Shown one piece after another: positions 7,850 to 17,116 of a stretch of DNA of 34,664 nucleotides (positions are counted from its first letter, which is position 1; every line of letters begins with the position of its first letter). The notes beneath the pieces are model-generated. The model did not search any database, was not told the DNA's origin, and was given only the letters and a program-made list of their open reading frames with translations. The position numbers were made by a program, and so were the translations under genes. The DNA comes from Rickettsiales bacterium (GTDB lineage: Bacteria; Pseudomonadota; Alphaproteobacteria; Rickettsiales; UBA8987), in assembly GCA_035909535.1 (NCBI GenBank), contig JAMHZE010000046.1, forward strand, positions 1 through 34,664, in the 5' to 3' direction.

Positions 7850-8302
7850 ATGAAACCTGAATATCTGGCCCTCATACTTTCAATTGAGCGACTACACAGA
7901 AGGTTCCTTGACGTTATAAAAAGCAAGCTGGATCGCAGGGGCATTGACGAAATAAACAACGTACAGACCCTTATTCTATACAACATCGGTGATTCTGTAC
8001 TTACCATTGGTGAACTTACCAACAGAGGTTACTACCTTGGCTCTAACGTTTCATACAACCTGAAGAAGCTGGTTGAGAATGGTTTTGTTGTACAGGAAAG
8101 ATCTCCTCACGATAAACGCTCCATCAAAATAAAGCTTTCTGAGAAAGGTAAAGCTATCTGTGATACCATAGATGAACTTTTTGATGATAACCTGCGAAAA
8201 ATAGGTGAGTTCGGCCTGAAGAAGGAAGAACTTGAATATGCGCTGACAGTTATGAAGAAGCTTGAAGTGTTCTGGACCGATCAGGTATCTATCAATTTCT
8301 AA
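7850..8302 (+). CDS. MarR-family winged-helix transcriptional regulator
   Basis: 150 aa. …LTIGELTNRGYYLGSNVSYNLKKLVENGFVVQERSPHDKRSIKIKLSEKGK… shows the HTH, wing and beta-hairpin typical of MarR. It is preceded by a very AT-rich 180-nt region. Confidence 0.85.
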   Translation: MKPEYLALILSIERLHRRFLDVIKSKLDRRGIDEINNVQTLILYNIGDSVLTIGELTNRGYYLGSNVSYNLKKLVENGFVVQERSPHDKRSIKIKLSEKGKAICDTIDELFDDNLRKIGEFGLKKEELEYALTVMKKLEVFWTDQVSINF

Positions 8303-8333
8303 TACTGATACGACCGTAATCTGCCAGTTTTAC

Positions 8334-8358
8334 AGCTGGTTGGCTGCCGGTTTTTTTT
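8334..8358 (+). terminator. Possible intrinsic terminator after the MarR gene (weak stem plus T8)
   Basis: An uninterrupted T8 run at 8351..8358 is preceded by short, imperfect GC-containing hairpins (for example CAGC 8333-8336 with GCTG 8343-8346). The stem is weak. Confidence 0.3.
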
Positions 8359-8421
8359 CTTGATATTCATCTTGCATAATATATCATGCGCTCCTGAACT
8401 AAACTAAACTAGGTATTGTGT

Positions 8422-9408
8422 ATGTGTAAAAATTTTGCTGTTGCAGGCGTTCTTGCGGCTGTTGCGGCGTTCTTCTCTTTTTATAATCCTACTGCTATTT
8501 CAGCTGATAAATACATAACTATAGGTACCGGTGGTGTTACCGGCGTTTACTACCCTGCGGGCGGCGCGATTTGCCGACTTGTTAACCGCAGCAGAAAAGA
8601 GCATGGCATACGTTGCTCGGTTGAATCTACAGGCGGTTCTGTTTATAACCTTAACGCACTACGCGCAGGTGATATAGATATTGCCGTTTCCCAGTCTGAC
8701 TGGCAATACCACGACTACATGGGCACAGGCCCATTCAAAGATGTAGGCCCTGATAAAAAACTACGCAGTCTTTTCTCTCTGCACTCTGAACCTTTTACAG
8801 TTATAGCTCGTGCTGACAGCGGCATCAAAACATTCGATGATCTTTCAGGCAAGCGTGTGAACCTTGGCAACCCTGGCTCTGGCGGCCGCGCTACTATGGA
8901 AGCGCTTATGACAGTTAAAGGCTGGACTCGTGAAGGTACTTTTAAAGAAGCTTATGAACTTAAAGCTTCTGAACAGTCTCAGGCACTTTGCGACAATAAA
9001 ATAGATGCAATGATATATTCTGCCGGCCATCCTAACGGAGCCGTACAGGAAGTAACAACAGCATGTGACACCAGAATAATACCGGTTGACGGCGCTGATG
9101 TTGATAAGCTGGTTAACATGTACCCGTTCTATGCTTACACTACCATACCTGGCGGCATGTATAACGGTAACAACCACGACATTAAAACTTTTGGTGTTAA
9201 AGCCACTTTCGTTTCATCTGAAGATGTAGATAACGAGATAATCTATCAGGTAGTTAAAGCTATATTCGATAACTTCGATAACTTTAAAACCCTGCACCCG
9301 GTATTCTCTACGCTTGAGCCAAAAGATCTGGTGAAAAGCGGTAATACCGCTCCTCTGCACAAAGGTGCTGAAAGGTACTTCAAAGAAAAAGGCTGGATAA
9401 GCCAGTAA
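8422..9408 (+). CDS. TAXI-family TRAP-transporter solute-binding receptor (periplasmic)
   Basis: Signal peptide MCKNFAVAGVLAAVAAFFSF…ISA, then …ITIGTGGVTGVYYPAGGAICRLVN…SVESTGGSVYNLNALRAGDIDIAVSQSD…, the hallmark N-terminus of TAXI receptors. I prefer the ATG at 8422 over the TTG at 8416. Confidence 0.9.
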   Translation: MCKNFAVAGVLAAVAAFFSFYNPTAISADKYITIGTGGVTGVYYPAGGAICRLVNRSRKEHGIRCSVESTGGSVYNLNALRAGDIDIAVSQSDWQYHDYMGTGPFKDVGPDKKLRSLFSLHSEPFTVIARADSGIKTFDDLSGKRVNLGNPGSGGRATMEALMTVKGWTREGTFKEAYELKASEQSQALCDNKIDAMIYSAGHPNGAVQEVTTACDTRIIPVDGADVDKLVNMYPFYAYTTIPGGMYNGNNHDIKTFGVKATFVSSEDVDNEIIYQVVKAIFDNFDNFKTLHPVFSTLEPKDLVKSGNTAPLHKGAERYFKEKGWISQ

Positions 9409-9414
9409 GGTTGC

Positions 9415-9443
9415 CGGGCTGATAAAGCCCGCTTCCCTTTTAC
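9415..9443 (+). terminator. Putative intrinsic terminator after the TAXI receptor gene
   Basis: A hairpin CGGGCT (9415-9420), loop GATAA, AGCCCG (9426-9431) starts 7 nt after the stop codon and is followed by CTTCCCTTTT. The stem is only 6 bp and the T tract is short. Confidence 0.35.
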
Positions 9444-9568
9444 AGCCTGTGCCATTTTTAACCTCTTTAACAGCACTGTTCCGTGTGGCCTGTAGAATTA
9501 CATGGAATAATGACCGGAAATCTGGTATAACCCTCTGTCAAATTTAAATAGTTTATATATCTGATATT

Positions 9569-10465
9569 ATGTCTGAAGCACTAAAACAGGAACTCTCCAG
9601 AGTAGAAAAGCTTATCAACGATAAAATGGCAGGACTTCTGCCGGAAGAAATTCAAGGCAGAGTAGGTGAGAACAGACTCGCACGCGCAATGCGCTATTCT
9701 GCACTTGCTCCGGGTAAACGTATACGCCCTTTTCTTGTGATGAAATCATCTGCGCTTTTTGGTGTAAGCGAAACATGCTCTTCTCAGGTAGCCTCAGCGA
9801 TAGAATTTGTTCACGCATTCTCTTTGGTGCATGATGATCTTCCGGCGCTGGATGATGATGATGAACGCCGCGGCCAGCCAAGCTGCCACAAGCAGTTTGA
9901 TGAAGCAACAGCGATACTTGCAGGCGATGCACTGCTAACCTATGCTTTTGAAGTTCTTTCTCACGATACTACACATCACGACCCGATGGTGCGTATAGAG
10001 CTGGTACAGGCTTTTGCAAAAGCTACAGGTCCTTCCGGCATGATAGGCGGACAAATGATAGACCTGCTTTCCGAAGAAAATAACCTGAACATAGAACAGA
10101 TAACACGACTGCAACGCATGAAGACCGGTGAACTTTTCCAGGTATCATGTGAAGCGGGTGCGATATTAGGCAAGGCTCCAAGGCAGCTGCGTAATGCCCT
10201 GCGCGGCTACGCAAACAACATAGGTCTTGTATTCCAGATAACAGATGACCTGCTGGATGCAACCGTAGTACTGAATGAAGATGGCACTCCTCGCGTTGAT
10301 AAATCTTCCGAGAAAGGCACTTATGTTTCCGTACTTGGTGTTGATAAAGCAAAACAACAGGCAGAACTTCTTACCAAACAGGCAGTAGAATTTCTGAACG
10401 TGTTCGGCAAGAGCGCCGAGCCTCTTAAAGACCTGGCCGTTATGATAATGAACAGGACCAAGTAA
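9569..10465 (+). CDS. ispA: Farnesyl diphosphate synthase / (2E,6E)-farnesyl-diphosphate synthase (polyprenyl synthetase family)
   Basis: 298 aa with both Asp-rich motifs: FSLVHDDLPALDDDDERRG (FARM) and FQITDDLLD (SARM). Confidence 0.9.
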   Translation: MSEALKQELSRVEKLINDKMAGLLPEEIQGRVGENRLARAMRYSALAPGKRIRPFLVMKSSALFGVSETCSSQVASAIEFVHAFSLVHDDLPALDDDDERRGQPSCHKQFDEATAILAGDALLTYAFEVLSHDTTHHDPMVRIELVQAFAKATGPSGMIGGQMIDLLSEENNLNIEQITRLQRMKTGELFQVSCEAGAILGKAPRQLRNALRGYANNIGLVFQITDDLLDATVVLNEDGTPRVDKSSEKGTYVSVLGVDKAKQQAELLTKQAVEFLNVFGKSAEPLKDLAVMIMNRTK

Positions 10466-10896
10466 TGCTTGAAAGCATCTACATGATGGTTGTGAAAGAC
10501 TCGCTTCTTTCATACTTTGTGCTGACCGTGAGCGATGAGTTTGCTTATCCTGTTCTACTGATGATAGGTGGCCACGATAATATGCTTGCTACTGCTGCTG
10601 CCATTGCCGGCTCTTCTATCGGGCTTATGCTTTCATACCTTATATTCTTTTCTGCGGCGCTGCTAATGCGCAAACTTCTTGAGGGTAATCCTGGTTATCC
10701 GGCCGCACGTCATTACAGCAATAAGCTCTCTCCTGCTTTCGGTGCGGTGATGCTATTGCCTCAGGTTGCCGTGATCCCACCCTTCATTTTTGGCCTCACT
10801 CGCATTAACCCACTGAAAGTACTGGCAATAATAGTGGTTTACCGCACGCTTCATTACATATATGTTCTGAACACTTCTCACGTATTGTTCCAGTAA
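10465..10896 (+). CDS. Small integral membrane protein, possibly YqaA/DedA (VTT-domain)-like
   Basis: 143 aa with 3-4 hydrophobic segments. Its start overlaps the ispA stop (TAATG) and it ends 1 nt before aroA. The segment …SDEFAYPVLLMIGG…AAAIAGSSIGLMLSYLIF… loosely resembles the YqaA N-terminal pattern. The family assignment is tentative. Confidence 0.5.
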   Translation: MLESIYMMVVKDSLLSYFVLTVSDEFAYPVLLMIGGHDNMLATAAAIAGSSIGLMLSYLIFFSAALLMRKLLEGNPGYPAARHYSNKLSPAFGAVMLLPQVAVIPPFIFGLTRINPLKVLAIIVVYRTLHYIYVLNTSHVLFQ

Positions 10897-10897
10897 T

Positions 10898-12217
10898 ATG
10901 AGTACATTTTTAAAATCTTCCCGAGCCACAGGATTAAAAGGCTCAATCAGTGTTCCCGGCGATAAATCCATCTCGCACCGCGCACTTATTTTTGCATCTC
11001 AGGCTATAGGCACTACCAAAATTTCCGGACTACTGGAAAGTGAGGATGTGATAAACACCAAGACCACGCTTGAGAAGATGGGTACAAAAATATCCAAACA
11101 GCAGAACAAATATGTTGTTGAAGGTTTAGGCACAGGCGGATTAGCGGAAAGTGATAATGTTCTGGATCAGGGCAATTCCGGCACTGGTGTAAGGCTACTT
11201 ATGGGGCTTGTTGCAAGCCAGCCGATAAAATCTGTTTTTACCGGAGATGATTCTTTACGAGGCCGCCCGATGAAGCGCGTTACCAACCCTCTTGAACTTA
11301 TGGGTGCGAAGTTTGATATGCGCGAAGGCGGGTTATTGCCTGTTACCGTACATGGGCACGATACGATGATACCGATAGAGTATGAGCTGCCCGTTGCTTC
11401 GGCGCAGGTAAAATCTGCCATACTGCTTGCCGCGATGAATATAGAAGGCACTACCACCGTAATAGAAAAAGAAAAGACCCGCGACCACACCGAGATGATG
11501 ATGAAATATCTGGGTATGGATATCACGACATCGGAAGAGAACGGGAAGTATATAATAAAACTGAATGGCAAAAAATACTTCAAGGCGAGAGATCTGGAAG
11601 TTCCGGCTGACCCTTCTTCTGCAGCGTTCCCGGTTGTGGCGGCGCTGATAACGGAAGGTTCTGAGATAGTGATAAAGAATGTTCTGGTGAACCCTTTACG
11701 CATTGGCCTGTTTCAGACGCTGGAAGAAATGGGCGCAGATATAGAGTTTACCAATATGCGTGAAGCGGCAGGCGAGAAGATTGCCGACATAAAAGCAAGA
11801 TACAGCAAACTGAAAGGTGTTACCGTGCCTGCTGAACGTGCCCCAAGCATGATAGATGAGTATCCGATACTTTCTATCGCTGCGGCCGTTGCAGAAGGTG
11901 AAACCAAAATGCTTGGCCTGGAAGAGCTGAAAGTAAAAGAAAGTAACAGGCTGGAAGCGGTGTATAACGGCCTGAAAGCATGCGGCGTTGACGCCGTGAT
12001 GGGTGAGAATGACCTGACCGTAAGCGGCGGCAGCATAAAGGGTAGCGCAACTATAACCACCCATGGCGACCACCGTATAGCGATGAGCTTTTTGGTTGCT
12101 GGGCTGGTATCTGAGAAGCCTGTAATAGTGAATGAACCGGATATGATCAATACATCATTCCCGGGGTTCAAAGAGCTTATGAACGGCCTTGGCGCTGTAA
12201 TGGAGGAGGCTTCCTAG
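10898..12217 (+). CDS. aroA: 3-phosphoshikimate 1-carboxyvinyltransferase (EPSP synthase)
   Basis: 439 aa. …ISVPGDKSISHRALIFASQAIGTTKISGLLESEDVINT…, …LDQGNSGTGVRLLMGL…, …SLRGRPMKRV…, …HGDHRIAMSFLVAGL…. Confidence 0.95.
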   Translation: MSTFLKSSRATGLKGSISVPGDKSISHRALIFASQAIGTTKISGLLESEDVINTKTTLEKMGTKISKQQNKYVVEGLGTGGLAESDNVLDQGNSGTGVRLLMGLVASQPIKSVFTGDDSLRGRPMKRVTNPLELMGAKFDMREGGLLPVTVHGHDTMIPIEYELPVASAQVKSAILLAAMNIEGTTTVIEKEKTRDHTEMMMKYLGMDITTSEENGKYIIKLNGKKYFKARDLEVPADPSSAAFPVVAALITEGSEIVIKNVLVNPLRIGLFQTLEEMGADIEFTNMREAAGEKIADIKARYSKLKGVTVPAERAPSMIDEYPILSIAAAVAEGETKMLGLEELKVKESNRLEAVYNGLKACGVDAVMGENDLTVSGGSIKGSATITTHGDHRIAMSFLVAGLVSEKPVIVNEPDMINTSFPGFKELMNGLGAVMEEAS

Positions 12218-12220
12218 AAT

Positions 12221-12856
12221 ATGAGGCCCGCACTTAAAGTTGTTATAATAGATTACGGTTCCGGCAATCTGCACTCGGCTAAAAAAGCCTTCGTGAAGGC
12301 TATAGATGATATTGATGCGGTTGGCAGCGTTCTGGTTTCTAACAATCCTAAAGAGCTTGAACAGGCAACACATATAGTGCTACCGGGCGTGGGTGCGTTT
12401 GCTGATTGCATGAAAGGCTTAAGCAGCATTAATGGTATGATAGAAGCAATGCAGGAGCAGGTTCTTGTGAATAAAAAACCGTTCCTTGGCATATGTGTTG
12501 GTATGCAGATGCTGGCTGAAAAAGGCTTTGAAGACGGCGAACATAAAGGCTTGGGTTGGCTGAAGGCCGATGTAAAAAAGATAGTGGTTGATGGGTTGCG
12601 TATTCCGCATATGGGCTGGAACACCCTGAAGGCAAAGAAAGAAAGCCGTCTGCTGAAAGGCTTAGAAGGGGTTGATGTTTACTTTGTACACTCTTATTTT
12701 ATGCAGACAGGTGCGGAGAACGTTGTAGCTACTACAGATTATGGCAACGAGATAACCGCCATAGTTGAAAAGGGCAATATATTCGGCACGCAGTTCCACC
12801 CGGAAAAGAGCCAGAAGAACGGCCTGAAATTAATAAGTAACTTTTTAATGGTGTAA
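12221..12856 (+). CDS. hisH: Imidazole glycerol phosphate synthase, glutamine amidotransferase subunit
   Basis: 211 aa. …VVIIDYGSGNLHSAKKAF…VLPGVGAF…, the nucleophile-elbow motif …GICVGMQML… and …FGTQFHPEKS…. Confidence 0.95.
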   Translation: MRPALKVVIIDYGSGNLHSAKKAFVKAIDDIDAVGSVLVSNNPKELEQATHIVLPGVGAFADCMKGLSSINGMIEAMQEQVLVNKKPFLGICVGMQMLAEKGFEDGEHKGLGWLKADVKKIVVDGLRIPHMGWNTLKAKKESRLLKGLEGVDVYFVHSYFMQTGAENVVATTDYGNEITAIVEKGNIFGTQFHPEKSQKNGLKLISNFLMV

Positions 12857-12862
12857 CCTAAG

Positions 12863-13579
12863 ATGATCTTATTCCCGGCCATAGACCTGAAACAGGGACA
12901 TTGCGTAAGGCTTTACCAAGGCGATATGGATAAGGCTACCGTGTTCAATAACTCTCCTAGTACGCAGGCGCTGATGTTTCAGAAGGAAGGCGCCGAGTGG
13001 ATACATGTGGTTGACCTTGACGGCGCGTTTGCAGGCAAGCCTGAGAACGTTGAAGCTGTGCGCAGTATACATGATGCCACAAAAGCAAAGATTCAGCTGG
13101 GCGGTGGTATACGCGATATGGCGACCATTGAAAGCTGGCTGGGCGAAGGTATTGCCCGCGTGATACTTGGTACTGCAGCGGTAAAGAACCCTGAGCTTGT
13201 GCGTGAGGCGTGCAAGAAGTTTCCGAACCAGATAGCAGTAGGTATTGATGCGCGTGACGGTTTTGTTGCCACAGAAGGCTGGGCAGAAAAAAGTAGCGTA
13301 AGTGTTATAGAGCTGGCAAGCAAGTTTCAGGATGCCGGTGTTTCATGCATTATCTACACTGATATTGCGAAAGACGGCGCGATGCAGGGCGCTGATTTTG
13401 AAGGCACACAAAGGCTGGTACAAGCCGTGCATATACCAGTTATACTTTCCGGCGGGATTTCATCTCGCGCTGACTTGCGCCGTGCGCGTGAGATAGAAGG
13501 GCTGTATGGGGTTATTTCCGGACGCGCAATATACGAGAAAGCCTTTACCGTGAAAGAAGCGATAGAAATACTGGGCTAG
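12863..13579 (+). CDS. hisA: 1-(5-phosphoribosyl)-5-[(5-phosphoribosylamino)methylideneamino]imidazole-4-carboxamide isomerase
   Basis: 238 aa. MILFPAIDLKQGHCVRLYQGDM…, …HVVDLDGA…, …QLGGGIR…, …IIYTDIAKDG…, …SGGISS…. Confidence 0.95.
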   Translation: MILFPAIDLKQGHCVRLYQGDMDKATVFNNSPSTQALMFQKEGAEWIHVVDLDGAFAGKPENVEAVRSIHDATKAKIQLGGGIRDMATIESWLGEGIARVILGTAAVKNPELVREACKKFPNQIAVGIDARDGFVATEGWAEKSSVSVIELASKFQDAGVSCIIYTDIAKDGAMQGADFEGTQRLVQAVHIPVILSGGISSRADLRRAREIEGLYGVISGRAIYEKAFTVKEAIEILG

Positions 13580-13842
13580 TCTATTTTATTGACCACGTTC
13601 CTTATCTTTTTTACCAGAATAGTTATGGCCATTGGTATGGCGATGGCGTTGAATATTATTATCGGCCACTTAACCAGCATAACTCCGTAAACGAACCACA
13701 GAAAAACACCTGCATTATAGGTTGAATACATTAAGAGTGAGATGGATTTTGTGTTATCTGAGCGCAGTGCCTTGATGGTTTGCGGCAGTAGCGACAGGGT
13801 AGTAAGAATACCCGCCATGTGGCCTATTATTTCCGGATTCAT
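13576..13842 (-). CDS. SemiSWEET / PQ-loop family transporter (three-TM unit)
   Basis: 88 aa with three hydrophobic helices and a PQ motif in TM1 (…LTTLSLLPQTIKALRS…). The size and topology are typical of bacterial SemiSWEETs. It starts 8 nt after the ETF-QO stop. Confidence 0.8.
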   Translation of the reverse strand: MNPEIIGHMAGILTTLSLLPQTIKALRSDNTKSISLLMYSTYNAGVFLWFVYGVMLVKWPIIIFNAIAIPMAITILVKKIRNVVNKID

Positions 13843-13850
13843 ATGATGCC

Positions 13851-15485
13851 TTACATATTAGGGTAGTTGGGCCCGCCACCACCTTCCGGCGTTACCCAGT
13901 TGATGTTCTGCAGGGGATCTTTAATGTCACAGGTTTTGCAGTGAACGCAGTTCTGTGCGTTTATTTGCAGGCGCTTACCGCCGCCAGATTCGTTATCTAC
14001 AAATTCATATACACCTGCCGGACAGAAACGGCTTTCCGGCCCATCGTAAACGGTAAGGTTATGCGTAACAGGGATTTCTGCATCTACCAGCGTAAGGTGG
14101 GAAGGCTGGTCTTCTTCGTGATGCGTGCCGGAAATATATACTGATGAAAGAAGATCAAAAGATATGACGCCATCTGGCTTAGGATATTCTATCGGTTTGG
14201 ATTTTTCTTTGCGGCGCAGTGAAAGGTTATCTTTATGCTGGATAAAATTCCACGGAGCATGGCCGCGGAAGATATATGTATCTATAGCTGAATAGATAAG
14301 CCCGAACCACAGACCAAGACGGAAAGACGGGCGTATGTTGCGCACCAGGAAAAGTTCTTTACACACCCATGAATTTTTTATGCTTTCTTCATAGGAAGAA
14401 TGTTGGCCTGTGCCTGAGATAGCACCGAACACGGCATCTGCCGCGAGCATGCCGGACTTCATAGCGGTGTGAGAGCCTTTGATTTTTGGCACGTTAACAA
14501 AACCCGCAGTGCAACCTATTAAAGCACCGCCCGGGAAAGTAAGCTTTGGTATGGATTGCCAGCCGCCCTCGTTTATGGCACGCGCGCCATAGGCAACACG
14601 CTGGCCGCCTTCAAGCGTTTTACGGATATAAGGATGGGTTTTATAACGCTGGAATTCTTTGAACGGATTGAGGTAAGGATTTTTATAATCTAACCCGACC
14701 ACATAACCGATTAATACCTGCTCATCTTCCGCATGGTACAGGAAGCTGCCAGCATAGGTGCTGTTATCTACCGGCCAGCCTATAGAATGTACTATTTTGC
14801 CAGGAGAGTGATTCTCCGGCTTTACCTTCCATATCTCTTTAAGGCCGATACCATATGTTTGTGGCTGAACACCGTCACGCAGACCGAACTCTTTTTCAAG
14901 GCGCTTGGTTAAGTGACCGCGGCAGCCTTCCGCAAATAACGTGTATTTTGCGCGCAGTTCCATACCGGGTTGGTAGCTGTCTTTCTTATCGCCGTTCTTT
15001 GCGATACCGAAATCTCCGGTGATGATGCCTTTTACCACGCCATCTTCTATAATTGTTTGGGCAGCGGGGAATCCAGGAAATATTTGTACGCCCATATTAG
15101 TGGCTTGGTCTGCCAGCCAGCGGCACAGATTGCCGAGAGAGATTATATAATTGCCGTGATTTTTCATCTGCGGTGGGGTTGGCAGGCGGAAGTGACGCTT
15201 TGCTGTAAGCAGCACAAAGTTATCATCTTTAGCTTCTACATTCAGCGGGGCGCCCTTCTCCTTCCAGTCTGGGATAAGCTCATCTAACGCGCGGGTTTCA
15301 AACACATTGCCGGAAAGTATGTGAGAACCGACCTCTGCACCTTTTTCTACCACGCAGACAGAGAGTTCCCTTCCCTGTTCCTGCGCCAGCTGCATAAGTT
15401 TTATGGAGGCCGAGAGACCGGCAGGACCGGCCCCTACTATCACCACATCAAACTCCATCTGTTCACGTGCTACATGCTCGTTCAT
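13851..15485 (-). CDS. Electron-transfer flavoprotein:ubiquinone oxidoreductase (ETF-QO)
   Basis: 544 aa. FAD-binding motif [15 protein letters not shown] and a C-terminal 4Fe-4S ferredoxin-like end …[10 protein letters not shown]…[36 protein letters not shown], a diagnostic ETF-QO C-terminus. Confidence 0.95.
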   Translation of the reverse strand: MNEHVAREQMEFDVVIVGAGPAGLSASIKLMQLAQEQGRELSVCVVEKGAEVGSHILSGNVFETRALDELIPDWKEKGAPLNVEAKDDNFVLLTAKRHFRLPTPPQMKNHGNYIISLGNLCRWLADQATNMGVQIFPGFPAAQTIIEDGVVKGIITGDFGIAKNGDKKDSYQPGMELRAKYTLFAEGCRGHLTKRLEKEFGLRDGVQPQTYGIGLKEIWKVKPENHSPGKIVHSIGWPVDNSTYAGSFLYHAEDEQVLIGYVVGLDYKNPYLNPFKEFQRYKTHPYIRKTLEGGQRVAYGARAINEGGWQSIPKLTFPGGALIGCTAGFVNVPKIKGSHTAMKSGMLAADAVFGAISGTGQHSSYEESIKNSWVCKELFLVRNIRPSFRLGLWFGLIYSAIDTYIFRGHAPWNFIQHKDNLSLRRKEKSKPIEYPKPDGVISFDLLSSVYISGTHHEEDQPSHLTLVDAEIPVTHNLTVYDGPESRFCPAGVYEFVDNESGGGKRLQINAQNCVHCKTCDIKDPLQNINWVTPEGGGGPNYPNM

Positions 15486-15497
15486 TACGTACTCCTG

Positions 15498-17099
15498 TTA
15501 TCCGCGGGATGCGCCACCACCACCGCCTTTGCCGAACAGGGACCCAGTAGCCTGGCCTATACCTGTTTTAATACCCTGACCAACCTTATCCATACCAAGT
15601 ATCTTGACATCTGACAGGCTTACCGCACCGCCAGCAAGCTGCGACGAAACTGCGCCTACCCAGCTGCACATGGTGAGCATTAAGTAACATACAACAAGAG
15701 CTGCCATTATCATCCATATATCCAGCGGTATGACAGGAGCTGTTGAGTTTTCAGTACAGTATGTAGTGCCGTCGCGCTGTTCACACAGACGCCACCATTT
15801 CAGAGAGCCGCCATCTGCAGTTCTGAAAGTATCAGAATAGCCGACGCACATCTCTCCTACTGTCGCATCATTTATGCTTTTCTCGTATCTTACATATGTA
15901 CCCGCAGCAAATGGAGCAGGAGCAGGAACACACCCATACTCTATAGGCAGGCCGCTGGAATCCAGATTACAGGCTATCGGCTGACAACCTGCTGAACCAG
16001 GCTCGCACGAGGCGGTGGCCGTATAGGTTTCTGTATTATTGCTTATTGAGCTGTATATATTCTGTATGAAGCCGTTAAGTATGGAGTGGAACATACCGAG
16101 AAGTATGAACAGAAATACCGGCTGCAACGTAAAGTTTATCAGCTGCTGTATCCAGCCATCAAACAGAGATCGCGTTCTGCCAAACAGGGCAAAGGAAAGG
16201 AATAACGGGCCCACGCCGTATAGTACATAGCGTGCTATAAAGGCCAGAAGGTAGGTTTTTACCGCCACTATAATAGCCAGAAGGTACATTACCATAAGCG
16301 CCGCAAGCATAACGCCCCATAGCACACCGGTAACACCGGTAGACATAAGTGCTAGTATCAGCTTCCACATACGCACATCAAAAAAGCGGCTTAGCTGGTC
16401 ATCTATATCGCTGAATAGCATCAGCTTGTTCATGGCTGTTGAAACGTTGCCAAGTATGCCAAGACCCTGCAGTATATTACTGATACCGAACAGGGAATCC
16501 AGCATGCCGGTTATATCACAAACAGCACCAAACCACGAACATACGCCTTTGGCACTGAACGCGGCATAATCACTGAACACGAATGAGGTGAACATGAGCA
16601 TATCTGCCACCAGCGATTCGAACGTTTGTATGACATATATGTTGAAGTAGAAGTAGTTGATAGTGAGGTTATATATTATGGTAAGCTTAAGTATGAACAT
16701 AAGCATGTTATAACCGTTGGCCTGCGTAAGCCCCAGCAGCACACTGGATGCGTAAAGTATTATTGAAAGCAGTATCATCATGGCCACCGCAAACCTGAAA
16801 TCAAGGTTCAGCGCTATTTTGAGATACATTACCAGAGAAGCTGTTTTAACCGTATTAGCTACCTTATCTGATACCCAGGTAACTATACCCTTACGTACAG
16901 CCGTATCATCATCATCACCATCTAATATCTCCAGCTTTCTTAATGACTGGCCGCTGGTAAAATTCAGTATCTCCCCGATAGGTGTACACTGCGTGGTATC
17001 TCCTGCAAGCATCTCCATCTCCTGCTCGCTGGCAGAGCATGCGCCAAGCACTGCTACCACAGCTACAGGAAGGAAAAACATTCTGAAAAGTTTTTTCAT
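15498..17099 (-). CDS. VirB6/TrbL-like type IV secretion inner-membrane protein, paralog 3 (predicted lipoprotein signal)
   Basis: Polytopic membrane protein in tandem after virB4. It shares with the two upstream paralogs the motif PL.L….F..T..[IL]…W…L..[YF][ST][IL]QP, here PLFLSFALFGRTRSLFDGWIQQLINFTLQP. I prefer the ATG at 17099 (AGAGGTGG 5-7 nt upstream), giving MKKLFRMFFLPVAVVAVLGAC|S with a lipobox. Confidence 0.75.
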   Translation of the reverse strand: MKKLFRMFFLPVAVVAVLGACSASEQEMEMLAGDTTQCTPIGEILNFTSGQSLRKLEILDGDDDDTAVRKGIVTWVSDKVANTVKTASLVMYLKIALNLDFRFAVAMMILLSIILYASSVLLGLTQANGYNMLMFILKLTIIYNLTINYFYFNIYVIQTFESLVADMLMFTSFVFSDYAAFSAKGVCSWFGAVCDITGMLDSLFGISNILQGLGILGNVSTAMNKLMLFSDIDDQLSRFFDVRMWKLILALMSTGVTGVLWGVMLAALMVMYLLAIIVAVKTYLLAFIARYVLYGVGPLFLSFALFGRTRSLFDGWIQQLINFTLQPVFLFILLGMFHSILNGFIQNIYSSISNNTETYTATASCEPGSAGCQPIACNLDSSGLPIEYGCVPAPAPFAAGTYVRYEKSINDATVGEMCVGYSDTFRTADGGSLKWWRLCEQRDGTTYCTENSTAPVIPLDIWMIMAALVVCYLMLTMCSWVGAVSSQLAGGAVSLSDVKILGMDKVGQGIKTGIGQATGSLFGKGGGGGASRG

Positions 17100-17116
17100 A
17101 ATTACCACCTCTTACC

